Assembly (NCBI RefSeq): GCF_964204645.1
Contig: NC_134025.1
Coordinates: 6,448,001 to 6,512,000 of the forward strand
Source of the DNA: Tubulanus polymorphus
Taxonomy: Eukaryota > Animalia > Nemertea
Direction of reading: 5' to 3'
DNA: 64,000 nucleotides
The notes under the pieces were generated by a model. That model was not told the DNA's origin. It did not search any database and was given only the letters and a program-made list of their open reading frames with translations. Made by a program: the position numbers and the translations under genes. Every line of letters begins with the position of its first letter. Positions within the stretch are counted from its first letter, which is position 1. This document shows, in pieces, positions 45,001 to 59,142 of this stretch.

Positions 45001-48000
45001 GTACATAATGAATGGTAACATAGATTTTCTTCTTCACTTCGTGAGAAATCAACAATTTTAGAATCTCACCGATTCGTAACTGGGGAAGTTCCTATGAAGA
45101 TCTAAGTCATCCTGTTCATCTTCTGTCAATTCATCGCCATGACTTTTCTCTTTGTATCTGTAGAGTGAGTTATCTTCGATCTCTTTCTGTTTTTTGCGCT
45201 CTTCCATTTCCAACCATGATGTTGCAAACAACTCAAGCAGATTGTTGAAAGCAATCATTGTTTTGTCATCCAACTTTCCAGTCACAATTATATGGTTCAT
45301 TAGCGACAGTAATGCTTGCTTTCTCATCCTGAAATTTGAAAACAAATATCTTATTATTTTGCCAATTCTCGGCATTGTGTGAAGTTGAATACTGTCAACT
45401 CTATAAATACCTAGTTATGAAGTCTGTTATTCTAGCACTTCCATCTTCAGACTCCTTTGAGAAGAGAAGCTGCTTCATGGACATTGATGTAGAGTGAGAT
45501 GTGAGAATTTCGGAGAGTTGAAGAGATGATGGAATATCAGTCCCTATGAATGGGAATTTACAGAGCGCTAAAACATGGCTTTTCACCGACACCTAAAAAG
45601 AAATATCAGATGAAATTTTGATGCATTTGAAATTTCTCTCCTTAAAAATAACTGATGTGTACACACTTGTTCTGTATTGAGTTTCCATTCTATCTGTCGT
45701 GTAATAACTTGAAGCGCATGACACATGAGTCTAATACCATAACTTAACTGCAAACAGATATTTCTACATTAGTTTAATTCAGCGGATTGAATATTCTGGC
45801 AGCAAAGTTGATACTTCTACGATCACTCCCCCAAGCGATCAATAGAAACTATGTTAAGTGATGTTGAGTGAGAAATGTTGAAAAAATACAATACACACAT
45901 GGACATGGTTAACAGTACCTCAGATATTCCAGCAAGGAATGGTGCTGTCAGATCAGTATAAAAAGGATAATCCCTGTTAATCTTTCGTATAAAGCTTTGA
46001 ACAGTTGATTGCCAAGACTTCTCTTCTTTCAACAATGTGTTGAGGTTAGTGCTTGTCTTATCGTTCGATACACAATTCAGAACAGTATCCAATTGGGTTA
46101 TCATAGTTAGAACCCTTGATTCGGAGCCAATTGCATTGATATACTGTTTCACATCATTCAACAGCGCTATGAACTGAAATCATCAAATTAAAACATGTCT
46201 TTTGTTGGGAAAGACTAACTAAAAGTAGCATTATCTACAGCTACCTATATATTATTGCATGCACTGTTCCTTTTGTGTAAATTTCCTGCAAATAACTAAC
46301 CTTTGGAGGCTGGGGTCTGATAGCAATTCTCTGTTCTAAAATAGCTGCTTTATTCCTGAGAGCTGTAAGCTGATCCGACATAAACAGTAATCGTGGATGA
46401 TTACTAGGATCCCTCGGATCTAAATTCTTTCCAGTCCATATTTTGTTTGCCCAATTCCTTGTCATCAAATTCATATCGATTTCTCCAATCTAAATGAAGA
46501 TGTACAAAATGTCAGAATTTCAACAAAATGTTGATAATCAGAGTTACAAGAACTGGATAATCCTACGTACTTGCTCATTTGTGTAAGTGAGTTTGATAGC
46601 CTGTTTCTCTGCGGGATCTACTGGTCCTTGAGGTGCTAACAACAGAGTTTGCAACAGACCGACATAGCTCCACAGTTTTCCACATTCATACAGGCGTTTC
46701 ATTGGATCCGGCAACGTAACAGATTTTGACATACATTGCAAGATTGTATTCAACATATCTATCATTCTGGTTGGAAGAACCTCAGACTTTGCAATCTCTT
46801 CAATTACTGCTACATAATCATCGATCGAATTGTAAGCCTGTTCAGTTTCATGGCAACTAATGTCTGGACTAAGATTTGAAAGGGCAGACAGTAACCTTTT
46901 CAGAATTATCTTTATCAGATTTTCGTCACATGATCTACAATTCAGTAATACGTATGCATATTTTTTGAACAAATTAATTCATGAAAACGACACAAATTCA
47001 AAATTATGACAAAACAATTCAACTTATAATAGCACTGGCATACCTCAAGTCGACAATTTCATCAGATACTAATGATGCATTGCTCCAAACGAACTTAGCC
47101 AATGACTGAAATAACTTCAATTTTTCTCCACATTGACCAAGAGGAACTGTCATCTGAAGGTTACCATAACTTTGTTTAATGCCAACATCCCGACATGTGT
47201 CTGTGAGAACTGTCATTGTCATGAATGCCAAGTGCGGTGTCTGCAAAGCACCAGGTCCCTTCACAGCAAAAATACAAAGGAGTGAAATGTAAACAAGAAT
47301 TTGAGTAGATTCATGAAATTAAAATCACATTCATAATCGAATCGATGAAAGTACCTCAATGGATTCAATGTCTAATGGTTCTTCAGTTTCAATTGCATGT
47401 GGTAGTAACCAAAGCAAGAGATCTTTTGTTACAGAACTAGAGTATTGTTGACCGACTAAATTTGCTATGATAGTTGGTAATTGTTCCTTATCTTCGCTGT
47501 TAACGATGGCAAGTTGTCTCAATGGAATGAGCAGCTCTGGTGATACCATTGTGAAGTGTAAAATGTAATCAATGATATGATTCAAAATTGAACGGTCCAT
47601 GCCCCTATTCAACCACTGTTTCTGTATAACCAATGAAGCGTATTCATAAAACGGTAACAACTTTTGCTGCAATGCCGGGGCTTGCTGAATTTCAGTTTGA
47701 GAAATATCCTTATTCCATGCACCAGGCTTATACAAGATACCAAATTGAATCAACTCGGTCTCGATATCAAGAACTTTCTGGCAAATCTCATCTGAAATCG
47801 AGAAAAATACATGGCATATATATGATATATGTACATTTCATTTCAGATACAACACAACGTTTCATACCTATATTGCAAGATGGATTGGTAAGCAACATAG
47901 TAAATAGTTCATCGATTCTCTGTCTGGTATAACATCCATTAACACTGGTAAGATACTTGACTATTGGCCACATCTGACCACTAACCGTCACTCTAAACAC

Positions 48001-51000
48001 ATCTAAAATCTGTGCCAATCCTAATAATTTGACTGTTACTTCAGCAAAGCTCGTTTTTTGGAATGGTTTCGGATAACCAAATCCACTCCACATTTTCAAT
48101 TGTAACATGGAAGCCTCATTGTCCGTTCCAAGAAGTCTGTTTAAACAATCCACCAGAGTTTCAAGAGTAGAGGAAATCCTGAAATTGAAAATCAATGCAC
48201 ATACTGCAAACCAATTATCAGTTGATTTAAATAGGATATAAGAAACAAACTTACTTCGTGACAGAAAACATTCGATTGAAACATTTGTTGTAAAACCAGT
48301 TCCAGTGCAGTGCTAATTGTGGCATGAGCACTTTGTACCCACCAGAACTTTTGACCTTCTGCTGGCAGATGCACAAGAAATACCATCTCCACTGGAGACA
48401 ATCAACTAACTGAAAATTTCATTCAGGACAATCCATTAACTTCAAAATTCATCACTTAAAGTTAGCGCATCAATCATTCAGTTCATGATGGATAAGAGAA
48501 TCTACCAAATAAACTAAAGAAGAACGGAAACTAAAGGCTCACCTTATACAAAGTTTCATCAGACATTGATGACATGGATTCGATTTCACCATTTAATTCA
48601 AGATCAAATGCTTGGAAGAATGGATAAATATGAATCAATGATTCTTGTTCTTTAGCAGTATCAGTCAATCCAGCATGAAATTCATAACTAATCTGTATTG
48701 GTGATTTATCTCGTCTTTGGCCTTCTAGTTGCCAGCTTTCTGGTAACTTCTGTTTTTCCAGTAAAATATTCAATAGATAATACCTAAAATGGCATGAATG
48801 TTTATTGGGTAAGAGAGTTAGAATGATTGTTTACCGCAGTAGATTTCATCTAAAATAAATTTCATATTATATACTTGTTGCCAAGAGTTGTTATGGATAT
48901 CCGATGACTAGCATCAGGGTCCATTTTGATGGTCAAGTGATCTAATAATTGAGAATTCCAGCGAAGATCTACCGGATGTTGTGACAAATCCATTCCACCT
49001 ACAACAGAGTTGAAATACATTCAAATAAAGGTTCTATCAGGTAATGTAATTAGGATAACTGTATCATCTCGACTTACTGCAGTTTTCAATTTGTCTAAGC
49101 ACTCCGGAGAAAATATCAATTGATTCAGGCTTCAAACTATTCATCATATTCCGTAGTAATTGATTGAGTTTTGTCGTCGCCTTGTTTCGATTAGCACATC
49201 TTTCAATTTGAGATGAAATCAATCTTTCCAGAATCAGTTTCCGTAGTGGTAAATCATTGATGGATACTGTCTCCAAACACATGGTACAGAGGACCCCGAG
49301 CATTGACGTTAGTCGGTCAGACTCCTGATGGTTTGGTGGCCATGAAAATTTCGTCCGCACTAGTTCATTGTAACTTAATGCTTGTTCACGAGTACCTGAC
49401 CTGAAATAGTAGTACAACCAATGTCGTTAGGGATCCTTTACATTTAGGAAATTTCAATGAAATACATGTATAAAGCTTTCATTTTTAATTGAAGGGATAT
49501 AATCTGATACTTACTGTAATCCGACATTTTGCAAAATCTCACTGACAATGTGCATTAGTGGCACCATCTGATGTTTAACAGTGGAAACAGTAGAATCTGT
49601 AGTCCAATTGCTGATTGATGGAAGACTGACCGGCCACAGTCCTTCGCAAACTAAACTTGATGTATTTGACGTTGCTTCAAATTGCTCTAGATCTAATTTT
49701 TGTAAATAGGTCTCGATCACTTCTTTGATTTCCTGAAAATTTTTTTTCATTCATATCATGAAAACTTGAGCATGAATGAATACTGTGTGATAATGACTGG
49801 ATAGCTCATTGCATTTAATTTTGAACGTTGTCTTTTACCTGTCGTTTTGTGAAGTTACGTTGCATTTTCACTAACACTGACACACAAGAAGTTCTGAGCG
49901 CGTCCAGTAGATGGCATCCACGTTCTAACTGTTGCACGGTAAGCTGAGCAACGTGAAGAATGTCGAGTAACGAGATTTGATCGACTGAATTGCCACGAGA
50001 TTCAATCTCACGACAAATCATCAGTAAAGTCTCGCATGGCAGTTTACCAACTAATCCTAAACCATGCAGCATAGCCTTCACATCATATTCATCATAATCA
50101 CCTCCTTCATTCTATGAAAACAAGAAACAAATAATGCATTAATTCTTTAAGATTTGAGAGATTGACTTTCATACATTATGTGAAACTATAGTGAACGACA
50201 ATTAAGGAAACGAGATAGGCCAATGTTCACTACAGCTTAGAAAATTAAGGAATTCAAAGTTCCAATGATTGGTTTATTTTCAATTGTGAGTTCCCATTCA
50301 GCAAATACTGTGTTCTACATTTTGTTCTGAAATCATAGATGTCCTATTTTTCTGCTCAGTTAGATTTTGTTACGTAACAAAAATTCAATCTATTTCATCT
50401 GACATAATCCATAACAGCTGATATTGAGCAAATGGAGCGAAAATAAAGGCAGATAAAAACGCCAATATTTCTCAAGAAGCCACCGCCGGGGAATACTGGC
50501 GATCAAAGATCAAGTGCTCATTTTTATCAATTACCGGCAATAGAAAACAACTACATGCATGCCCATACAGCTTGTTAAACTAGGGACTAGTTCATTAAAT
50601 TTGATGATTTGTTTGAGAGCTACAAATACTCGAAGTAATGGGAACTAATCTCGACTTGGGCAAAATCACTGAAATGAAGAGTACTTGTACTGAAATGTAT
50701 CAAGGACGGAATAAATTGATTTTCCAGGCATATTATACATGGTTAAGAAGTTAACCTGGAAAAAGCAGCAATTTTTTTTTAAATGCCATATTTAAGAGAC
50801 AAAGGCACTCAAACCGTCTAGACTTTCAACAATCAATCGCAGCATTATGGACGTATAAACTTCTTAAGTTAGAAAATCTAGTTTGTAAGTCCATCAGCAT
50901 ACAATAATGCAATTTTTAGTCCATCCATATAAGGGAATGGTAATCATAAAAGCATCATGGCTTGTACGATTTATGACAAAATATATGGTGTGTAAATCAT

Positions 51001-54000
51001 TCTTTTCACAATAAATATAGAGATAATCCACACTGTTGCACTTGAGATTTTCATTTTACATTCCCTATATGAGTAATATATCTTTAGATGTAGTAAACAT
51101 GACTGACTGATTGTGCAATGGCGCTATTTTATCATCAGCTTTAAACAGTGACCTCAGATTCCGGGTACAGTCCAGACAATACGTTTACAGAAGGGAATGC
51201 TTCGGTCTTTCCAGATGAAGAGAATGTAGAATCATAGGTTTCACATATATATCTACAGTAATTCATAAATCATCTATTAAACGCACATGGCGACAACCTC
51301 CCAGTGCAGTTCAGAATATGAATTAACCCCATTGGAACTCAGATCATAAATCATCGTATCATGGCGTAAGGATGATTACTATTGAAAGGCCTCGTTTAAT
51401 CTCATATAAAGTTAACACCTTTCTCCATAATCAGTAAAGCCCTGTAATCCCAATGGTACATCCATTAACACATGAGGGCTTTTTATGAACAAGGACCAGA
51501 CGGAAGCTATTACAGATTACCACGGCTAAATCTGAATAAGAAATAGTTTTTTTTTCTCAGGACTGTATCCCTAAATCGTGATATTTAAAGGATATCATAT
51601 AGCTTTGCATGCATTTTTATATAAAAAAAGAAAAGCTATCAGCCAAGGATAACAGAATGATATTATCCCTCGTTGAACCTAGCAGTCAACATTTCTAGAG
51701 AGGTTTGCTACCCACTTCCCCTTAAAGGATATCAGGTGCATGATGTCAATTTGACAGAACCAAGTAGTTAGATTGAACTGGATAGTTATCTCATTAAGGC
51801 TGGCTTATGTCGACAAGCAACGCGATGCCTACCGACGCAACTGGGTTTATCGCCGATTAGCGGCAACTAGCGGCCTACGAGAGGCCCCCAGTTGCTCCTC
51901 AATCGGTTCGACATAAGCCGGCTTGCGACGGCAACGCGACGCCTACCGACTCGTCGCAAGCCGTATCCGGCTAGTTGCCCATGTTCTACTCCGGCCTACG
52001 GTAGGCAGGCAGTTGCTTTCGATCGCAGCCGACATAAGCTCATCTGCGACGCGATGGAACTGAGCGCAGAGGTTCCAGCCAATGAGAGAACGCATATACA
52101 TAGTACAAATTATCACCGCTAGTCAGCGTCATTCGTAATTAGTCATAAACTTTCAAATTCAAGTAGTTCAAAACGTAAATCAAACCTTCAACACGGCAGA
52201 GGACTGGACTGAAGATCTAGAAACGAAATTGGTAGAATTATGGTGTGAGCGGCCATCTTTATAGATGTCGCTAGCACGCTGTATTCAAAACAGAATCAGA
52301 AAGATCAAAGTCTTAAAGAAATAGCTTTTCTAATAGAAATATATTTCCTAATAATTCAAATTTATTCTCAAAATGCTTATCACCTGACCATTTGAGCTGT
52401 TGCAGTTGCTAGTAATCGCAACCGACATAAGCAGGAAAGCAACTGGGAGGATCTCCTATCCCGCTAGTCGGCCTCAGTTGCTGCGAATCGGAGCGCAGTC
52501 GACATAAGCTGGGCTGCGATCGCGGTTGCTCTCATTTGCGTCGGTAGGAGTCGGTAGGCGTCGCGTTGCTTGTCGACATAAGCCAGCCTTTAGGCTGAAG
52601 ATGTATATGTTGATGTCCTTGGAACAATAACAAAGATCCTGGTTCAAAGTGTACTGATTTAGGCATAGTCTAATCTACAACTTCTAATGTATCTAATTGC
52701 TTATTTCTTAAAATTGAATGTGCTTTAAAGGAGTTTTTGACATTTTCCTGCTCAAATCAAAGGAGTTTCAAGCATCTTCACAGGCATTTTCCATTTAGAA
52801 GGAGTTTTTAAGGAATCAAGGAGTCGTAGAGGTGCAGTTGATAATACATCTACGTAATGAGTAGTATGCGACCAAAGAGCCGTGAAAAGTCTTCAGATGA
52901 TGTTGCAGCGTGATATGGTGAAGATCAAGTCTTGTCTGTAATCACCTTAGTAGAAGCTTTCATGACTCAGTTCCGTCAACTTAGACCCATCCTATTATGG
53001 ATCTAGGAAAAACATATGCAGCGCATTATACAAGATAAAAGTTATGAAAAACTCTTTTGCATACCTGGCCAAGTATATATATTTCAATGCCTCTATTTCT
53101 CATAGCTCGAGATATTTCGCCATTACGCGGGTCCATAGCCAGAATCAATCTGAAAGTACATAAAACATTTGCTACTTAACCGGACATTTTTCAAATGTTG
53201 GAATTTTGCAGAAGATTCGTAGCTGAAGAACTAAATCAATCCAGCGAAGTTGCAGATTGGAAAGTCGTTTCAGATGGAGTGATTCTCGACAGATGCCTCG
53301 AACGATTACAAGTATTGGTACAACATGCGAACGCCGTTAATGGACATTCTTTACCCGGAAATTGACGGCATTTTCCCCCAGAAAATTGACCGGCTGATGA
53401 CCAGCCAATTTACCACACTGACTGCGGGGATACGTAAAAATAATAATGTAAATATCGCACAACCAGCGTGGACAGAAAGATGAGACCGGCACTGAGACAC
53501 ATAACATGGCTTGATTGAGACGGAAATGATGTAAATTCTGTCCACTGCTCTAACACTAGACTCCTATAACGCGATTCAGTAGAGATTACAGACATTACCT
53601 CAGTGGTAAACTGATGGCTGATTCTGCAACAAAGTACCTGAATCACTAGCTTTAGGGTACAACAGTAATTGTAGGTTTCTTCATTATCAAATATCAAAGA
53701 CTTAGAGAGACAAAGAGGAATTTAGGGGTAAAAGTGAGCATTATGATTCATGACACCGAACGCTTTTGATCTCAACATTATTGATTTGTATGTAATTCAG
53801 TACAGCGAGAAAAAATCAAACCGTCGAGATTGGACTGCGTTGATAATAGAAGCAACAGAAGAAGAGCAATCGCCTCGAGTTTTTTTTTCCAGATTTTGAG
53901 AGAGAGGATCATTTTCCAGTTGAACTCAAGTCGCCGGAGGCGAATGCTGATAACGCACGTTTACTGGACTATTCACGTGGAAATCACGTCCTAAAAAACC

Positions 54001-57000
54001 TAATTATAACCGCAACCGAATTCCGAACTCGCGCTTGAACAAATATGCGACTCTTCTCCGCCGTTGATCAGCGTGACACGTTTGACTGGTTAAATGTTAA
54101 TGACAACCGAGTGAATGATTGATTCCAGTACGTTGACTGCGGAGATAATTTCATTAGTTTATATTTCCGGCTATCAACCCACATTCATTCATCGAAATAT
54201 GCCGCGGCGCTCAAAAAGAAAACCGGAGATCATCAGTAAAACAAATCTCACTGCCTCGTAGAAAACTTTAAGAAACAATTCAGCATCGATGAAATCAAAA
54301 GAAGTACCATACGTAGTGTATGATATATGGGTTAATCTGTGAAGAGATGCCAGTAAAACGATACATAAACCAATATCAGAATGAATCTACTCTTTAACAC
54401 TTCAACCACATCAATTATTTACACAGGCTCGCGTTTTCAAAATATTGAAAAATAACAGCCGATGTTTTCAGGCAATGACAAAATGTGGATATGTGGATAT
54501 ATGTATCCACATGTATGAATGAGTGCGGGTATAAATTACTCGCGGCGTCTTCGAAATATCTGGTGAGATTTAAATTGATTTTCGATATCCGTAGATACAC
54601 TGATGTAAGGTATCGATATCTCGTGAGAAACGCGGAGGATATACATTTGAATCAAATGTAATACTGGCATTTATATTGTACTGCATTACAAACTGATATC
54701 TGTATCATCAATATTGAATCTATACACAGGGAACTAAGATGTATCGCATCTAGTCATATACCTAGCATTCTAAGTATGAACCAAAAATTCATACAAACGG
54801 TGATTCAAACGTGAAAATAGTTAACAGGTGTTCCCAAAAGGTGGTTGGGGTACAAACAACCACCTTTTGGGTTATAGTGACTTTTCTAGATGAGGAGAAA
54901 TACTCTTTTGCGTCATAAATTTCGCAATTACAATCAACTATTCACTATGACAACAATTTAGATTTCAAAAAATTAATTTTAGATTGGGACAACTGCTTTA
55001 ACCTGTATCAAACAAGTAATATGGCCTAGGTTGTTTGGTTATTTAGAAAATTTGACATCTACTGAATTTGGCCCCTTTTGAAAGAGAATTGACCCCTTGA
55101 AGAATCCTGGAAATATCAAATGAAACTTGATTCCAAGTGCAGAATCTTCTCAATTTATCTGCGAGTCCATGCAAATAAATAAACCACATTACGACAAAAT
55201 GATAACAGCGTCAAATCATCACAACTGATACCGATGTCCGACTGACTATAGATCTTGCAGATTCCTGATGAGTGAATTGATTACAGATAGTCAATCGCGT
55301 ACATGATATTTCAATAATGATAGTCCGAGGATTTGGAATTTGTCTTTGATGCTTCGGCATTACGTCGTGTAGACGGATATAATTAATACCAGACAGCCGC
55401 AGGGACAATTAGTATAACATTATTATAAAGTGTGCTAGACCAGAAATATGACGAAGTATTCCATAGATATGAGTTACACCGAGTACAGCAGTAATCACTA
55501 GGAAGCTGCGTTAGGCTATTACAATATTCCCATCAAATTTCCAAATTACTGGTACGATTTAAAATCAAATTTGAGCAATAAGAAATTACTGTGTTCAGAA
55601 AATCTCCTGCACCCATGGGTATATGATATCTATGATTCTGGTATGCGTAATTCTATTGAATTGATTGAACCGAACTGATCAAGGCATTGTGAAAGTGATC
55701 CTACAGTTCACCTAGACATTTTTCATGAGGGCTCATTGACTGCATGTAGAAATTAATAATATATAGATCGGTGATCCGAAATCCTCAATGTCCTTGAAAA
55801 CTATTCCACCTGCTTGTAAGACCACTAGCGATAATTAGTCGGGCTGCTCCATTGAAGTCCACTCCATTGGAGTCGCATGTTAATTTTATCACTTGGATAA
55901 ATCAGTATTACCGATAGATAGAGAATCTATTCGCACCTGTCAGTGATTGATAGATAAATTACTCATAGATTGATAGCTTTCAGCGCCTGCTATACCACAT
56001 GGGTCATTGGGTACCTGCTGTAGGGATGATACAGCCAAGAAACAGTGTTATGAAACTTTGATCCAGATGACAATGAAGCAAAGGCCATAAATAGATGGAA
56101 ATTGATCTCAAACCAAAAGACAGAAGAGTTGATTCGTGAAGAAATAAAGAAGAACATTCAGACATTTGGACTGGCCCACAAATTTATGGAAAAGCTAAAT
56201 GAAAACAAAGAAATGTGAGAAATAACATGCGCGGGATATGAGAAATCATCGGTGGTTCATACCAGGCTATGGGACGTAGACATATCTAATGTAAAGCAAT
56301 TTCACAGTGGGAAAGAAAGAAAGGAATTTCCTACATTTCTCATCAATCAATTCTACATATAAAGATAAGCTGTGATCTAGACAGCGTCACAAAAAGGACG
56401 CAGCATACAAAACGGTCAATGAAATTGCCACAGAAACTAATAAAACATTCCGCAACAAGCAATGCAAAACAGACTCACAACACCGAGTACATCTGCTGAC
56501 AAGAAAAAATCTTGATCTCGCTAATAAATTCATTGTCACTCCATTGTTTGCTCAAACAAGCATTTGTATCACAAAATGTGAAAGTGACTTCAGAGACTTC
56601 AAAATGCAACAGAATATGCTGAGTGATACGCAGAAATCATTCATTCATATTATAGCAATACATAAGATGTTTCACCCTTGGCCAAGAAGGAATGGATGAG
56701 ACTGTCTCGCCAGATCTCAGAGGCAGTCCAGACAGAAGTAACAAATCTAATAAATCCAGGCTTCAAGATTGATAATTGAATGCGAAATAGATTCTGAAGG
56801 TGGCCAGCAGGCATTCAATACATAATATTATATCTTCAAGTGTTCAAATGGAAATAGAAAGAGGCTCAAAATGTGGAAATGATAACCTTTTTTGAATGCA
56901 AAGACATTCAATTCAGCAGAATTTTACAATTGACCCTATCTGAAAACATGCCATTGCATCTTTTCAGGATGTCACTAGAATCAAAGCTACTGGATTCCAA

Positions 57001-58631
57001 CAAAACACGTGAACACAATGTAACATACGAAGAAATTAGAGATCAGGATCGAAGTGGTCAATAGTTATTACGCAAATATAAACCTTATACAGTAAATCAC
57101 ACTTCCATCACATCCAAGGACTGCTTAATCATGGAGAAAATCCAATCTCAGATCGGTATACACAGTCTAAATACAGATAAACGAAAGTAGATTTCAATAG
57201 TTACATGCATGAGCAAATATTTACCCAGAATATCTTAAACACAAGATGCTAGGAATTGTATCAACTGACAAAATTGATTCCAACATCTATCAATTAAGAT
57301 GAGAGTGAAACACGGTATACATATATATAGATATAAGACACAGGAAGAAGGACGACAGTGCTGAGGAAATTCATAGATCTATTCATACATTTATATCTAT
57401 ATCAGGGTCCTAGCATATAGACGCACAGGTAAGACTAAACTAGCATTATGGATAAGGTTAAACCACCAACATCTATGAAAACCTAAGCCGGCAAAGCATT
57501 CTTCAGTGACTATTCTTTAATGAGTATATATACACAAATATATATTACAATCAAGAATGAATGCACATGTAATATGATATCGATACATTATCAATATCAG
57601 CGACAACTTAAATAAATCCAATGGTTTTAGTGGGATATATATGGTTTGCATTTCAAGGCTGAATTATTTCCATTTGATCGAGTAACGTACCGAAATTGAG
57701 GATGAGGTTTTATGGTCGGTATTTGACCATCGATGACGCCGCGTTCATTGATACACAGTCGTCCACCTGGTTCTAGCATGGCGTTCAAACGATCCAGCAC
57801 AGACGGACTGAAAAAAAAAACACGAAATCGTACAGACATCAGACATTATGTAATCACTCACTGCTCTAATGTTTTCTCTAGTGACAGGCGAGTCAATAGC
57901 TCGGTACAAAATATTGACAAAACCTCGTCGCAGGTACGACTAGAGTGTCTATATAAACCTGTGTTGAGAACATTTATGATAGGTTTGAGGACGTACTTGC
58001 AGAAGTTAACATTATCGATGAGAAGCCAGTCTCCACTCTTCAAGGCATTGATGAGAACGCTATCCACCCATTCGAATTGGCCGCCTCCAAGTACATGACC
58101 TTGACCTTTCCGCAAATGTTTCTCCACACCAGACAAAATGTCTGTTACAGCAAACAAACCATCTGAAGGGTCGATAATGAAACTTAAGTAACTTAATTCA
58201 AAAGAATGCTAACAATAAGAACTGACTGGCATTTGAATTCTGTTTGAAACTAATCGTGTATATTGAAATATACCTTTAAGATCAATTTTGAACTTTTGGG
58301 AAGTTCCATTGAGACAGTTTATCAGATTATGCAGACAGGACACTTTTCGTCTGATATCAGCCATCTTCTCTGTTAATTCTTGTTTCAAATCTAAAACAAA
58401 ACGATACGTACATAAGGGGTTTATCAATTACTGACACCTTGTAGAAAGACGATATCACCCAATCAAACCTGAGGCTTGTGTCGATTTATTGAATTCTGCC
58501 ATTTTCTGTAGTATAACTCGCATTTCTACCACAGCCCCTTGATGGCCCGAGGTGATCAGAGTTCGCATACATTGCTGTGAAAGTTCTTGCACAGATTTGG
58601 CAACATTCTCTAAAGTCCGTCCGATATCGGC
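36024..58631 (-). CDS. MDN1: Midasin (Rea1) AAA-ATPase; 3' part (last AAA module, linker, D/E-rich tail, MIDAS domain); 5' exons beyond window
   Basis: GQFEWVDSVLINALKSGDWLLIDNVNFC|NPSVLDRLNAMLEPGG...PHPQF, then an isolated 85-nt exon 53065-53149 (RLILAMDPRNGEISRAMRNRGIEIY). The D/E-rich region and GDYRTGKRLNMRKVIPYIASQFRKDKIWLRRTKP follow, with the MIDAS motif DDSSSM. Stop TGA at 36024-26. Confidence 0.97.
36280..36365. repeat. Nested foldback in the last MDN1 intron
   Basis: Outer 25-bp arms gagagaaatcccacaataattcagt / actgaattattgtgagatttctctc. Inner 13-bp arms agttcttgaatag / ctattcaagaact. Confidence 0.85.
51797..52589 (+). mobile_element. Non-autonomous PIF/Harbinger element with a MADF (Myb/SANT-like) remnant
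   Basis: TTA target duplication (51794-96, 52590-92). 40-bp TIRs aggctggcttatgtcgacaagcaacgcga(t/c)gcctaccgac. Internal cgacataagc repeats. A frameshifted WTEDLETKLVELWCERPSL/DVASTLYSKQNQKDQSLKEIA lies at ~52200-52330. Confidence 0.88.
55150..57250 (+). pseudogene. Candidate decayed endogenous viral element: bunyavirus (phenuivirus-like) L protein N-terminal region
   Basis: A-rich sequence with several long stop-poor frames. Endonuclease-like pieces NRVHD (H at 55302), DLEFV, DGYN/LIPD (PD at 55389) and YNII are followed by ordered downstream similarities. Judged by eye against remembered sequences. Confidence 0.5.
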
Positions 58632-59116
58632 CTAAAAATAATAATCATAACCATCATAGTCAGAAAAAGGTAAGATTCTATTCTTGATTATCATTAATCA
58701 AATAGTTGTACAGAAACTAAGAGAAATATTTCTATTCTTATATCTTCCACTTATCAAAAGTGATGACATCTCTCATAGATTGCGATGCCTTTTGGCTACT
58801 AGTGTTCTGAACCACTATGCCATAATACTCTCCATCATATTTTCAATAATAACTGATCTATGACGAACGGTCAAACTGACGAAACCCCCACGGACTGATG
58901 AATAGTTAAGCAGTACTGATTTTCTCCGATACGATAAATCTGGTCAGTACAAGATATCTCCATGACTGCTGGAACCATAATGACAGAATTACAACCAGAG
59001 AATATATGATTCAATACTCGGCGCGACGGGCAGGTTTTTCTCTCTGCTCTCTATTGACTGTTTTATCTAAAGAATCATTTTAACGACACTTGCTTTTGTA
59101 TATATGCATTTGAGAG

Positions 59117-59142
59117 GACGTATAAACTGCAGTTTATACGTC
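59117..59142. repeat. Perfect 26-bp palindrome
   Basis: gacgtataaactg|cagtttatacgtc. Confidence 0.9.

Noticed and set aside
51892-52122. 76-aa ORF in the Harbinger element
   Set aside because: Arises from GC-rich subterminal repeats and has no transposase motifs.
54833-54871. 15-bp stem hairpin resembling a terminator
   Set aside because: Eukaryotic intron context. Most likely a small repeat remnant with no further support.
58860-58919. C/D'/C'/D box-like arrangement (atgacga, ctga, tgatga, ctga), also hammerhead-like words
   Set aside because: Antisense to the host gene, with no convincing terminal stem or rRNA guide. The hammerhead elements are not in a foldable order.
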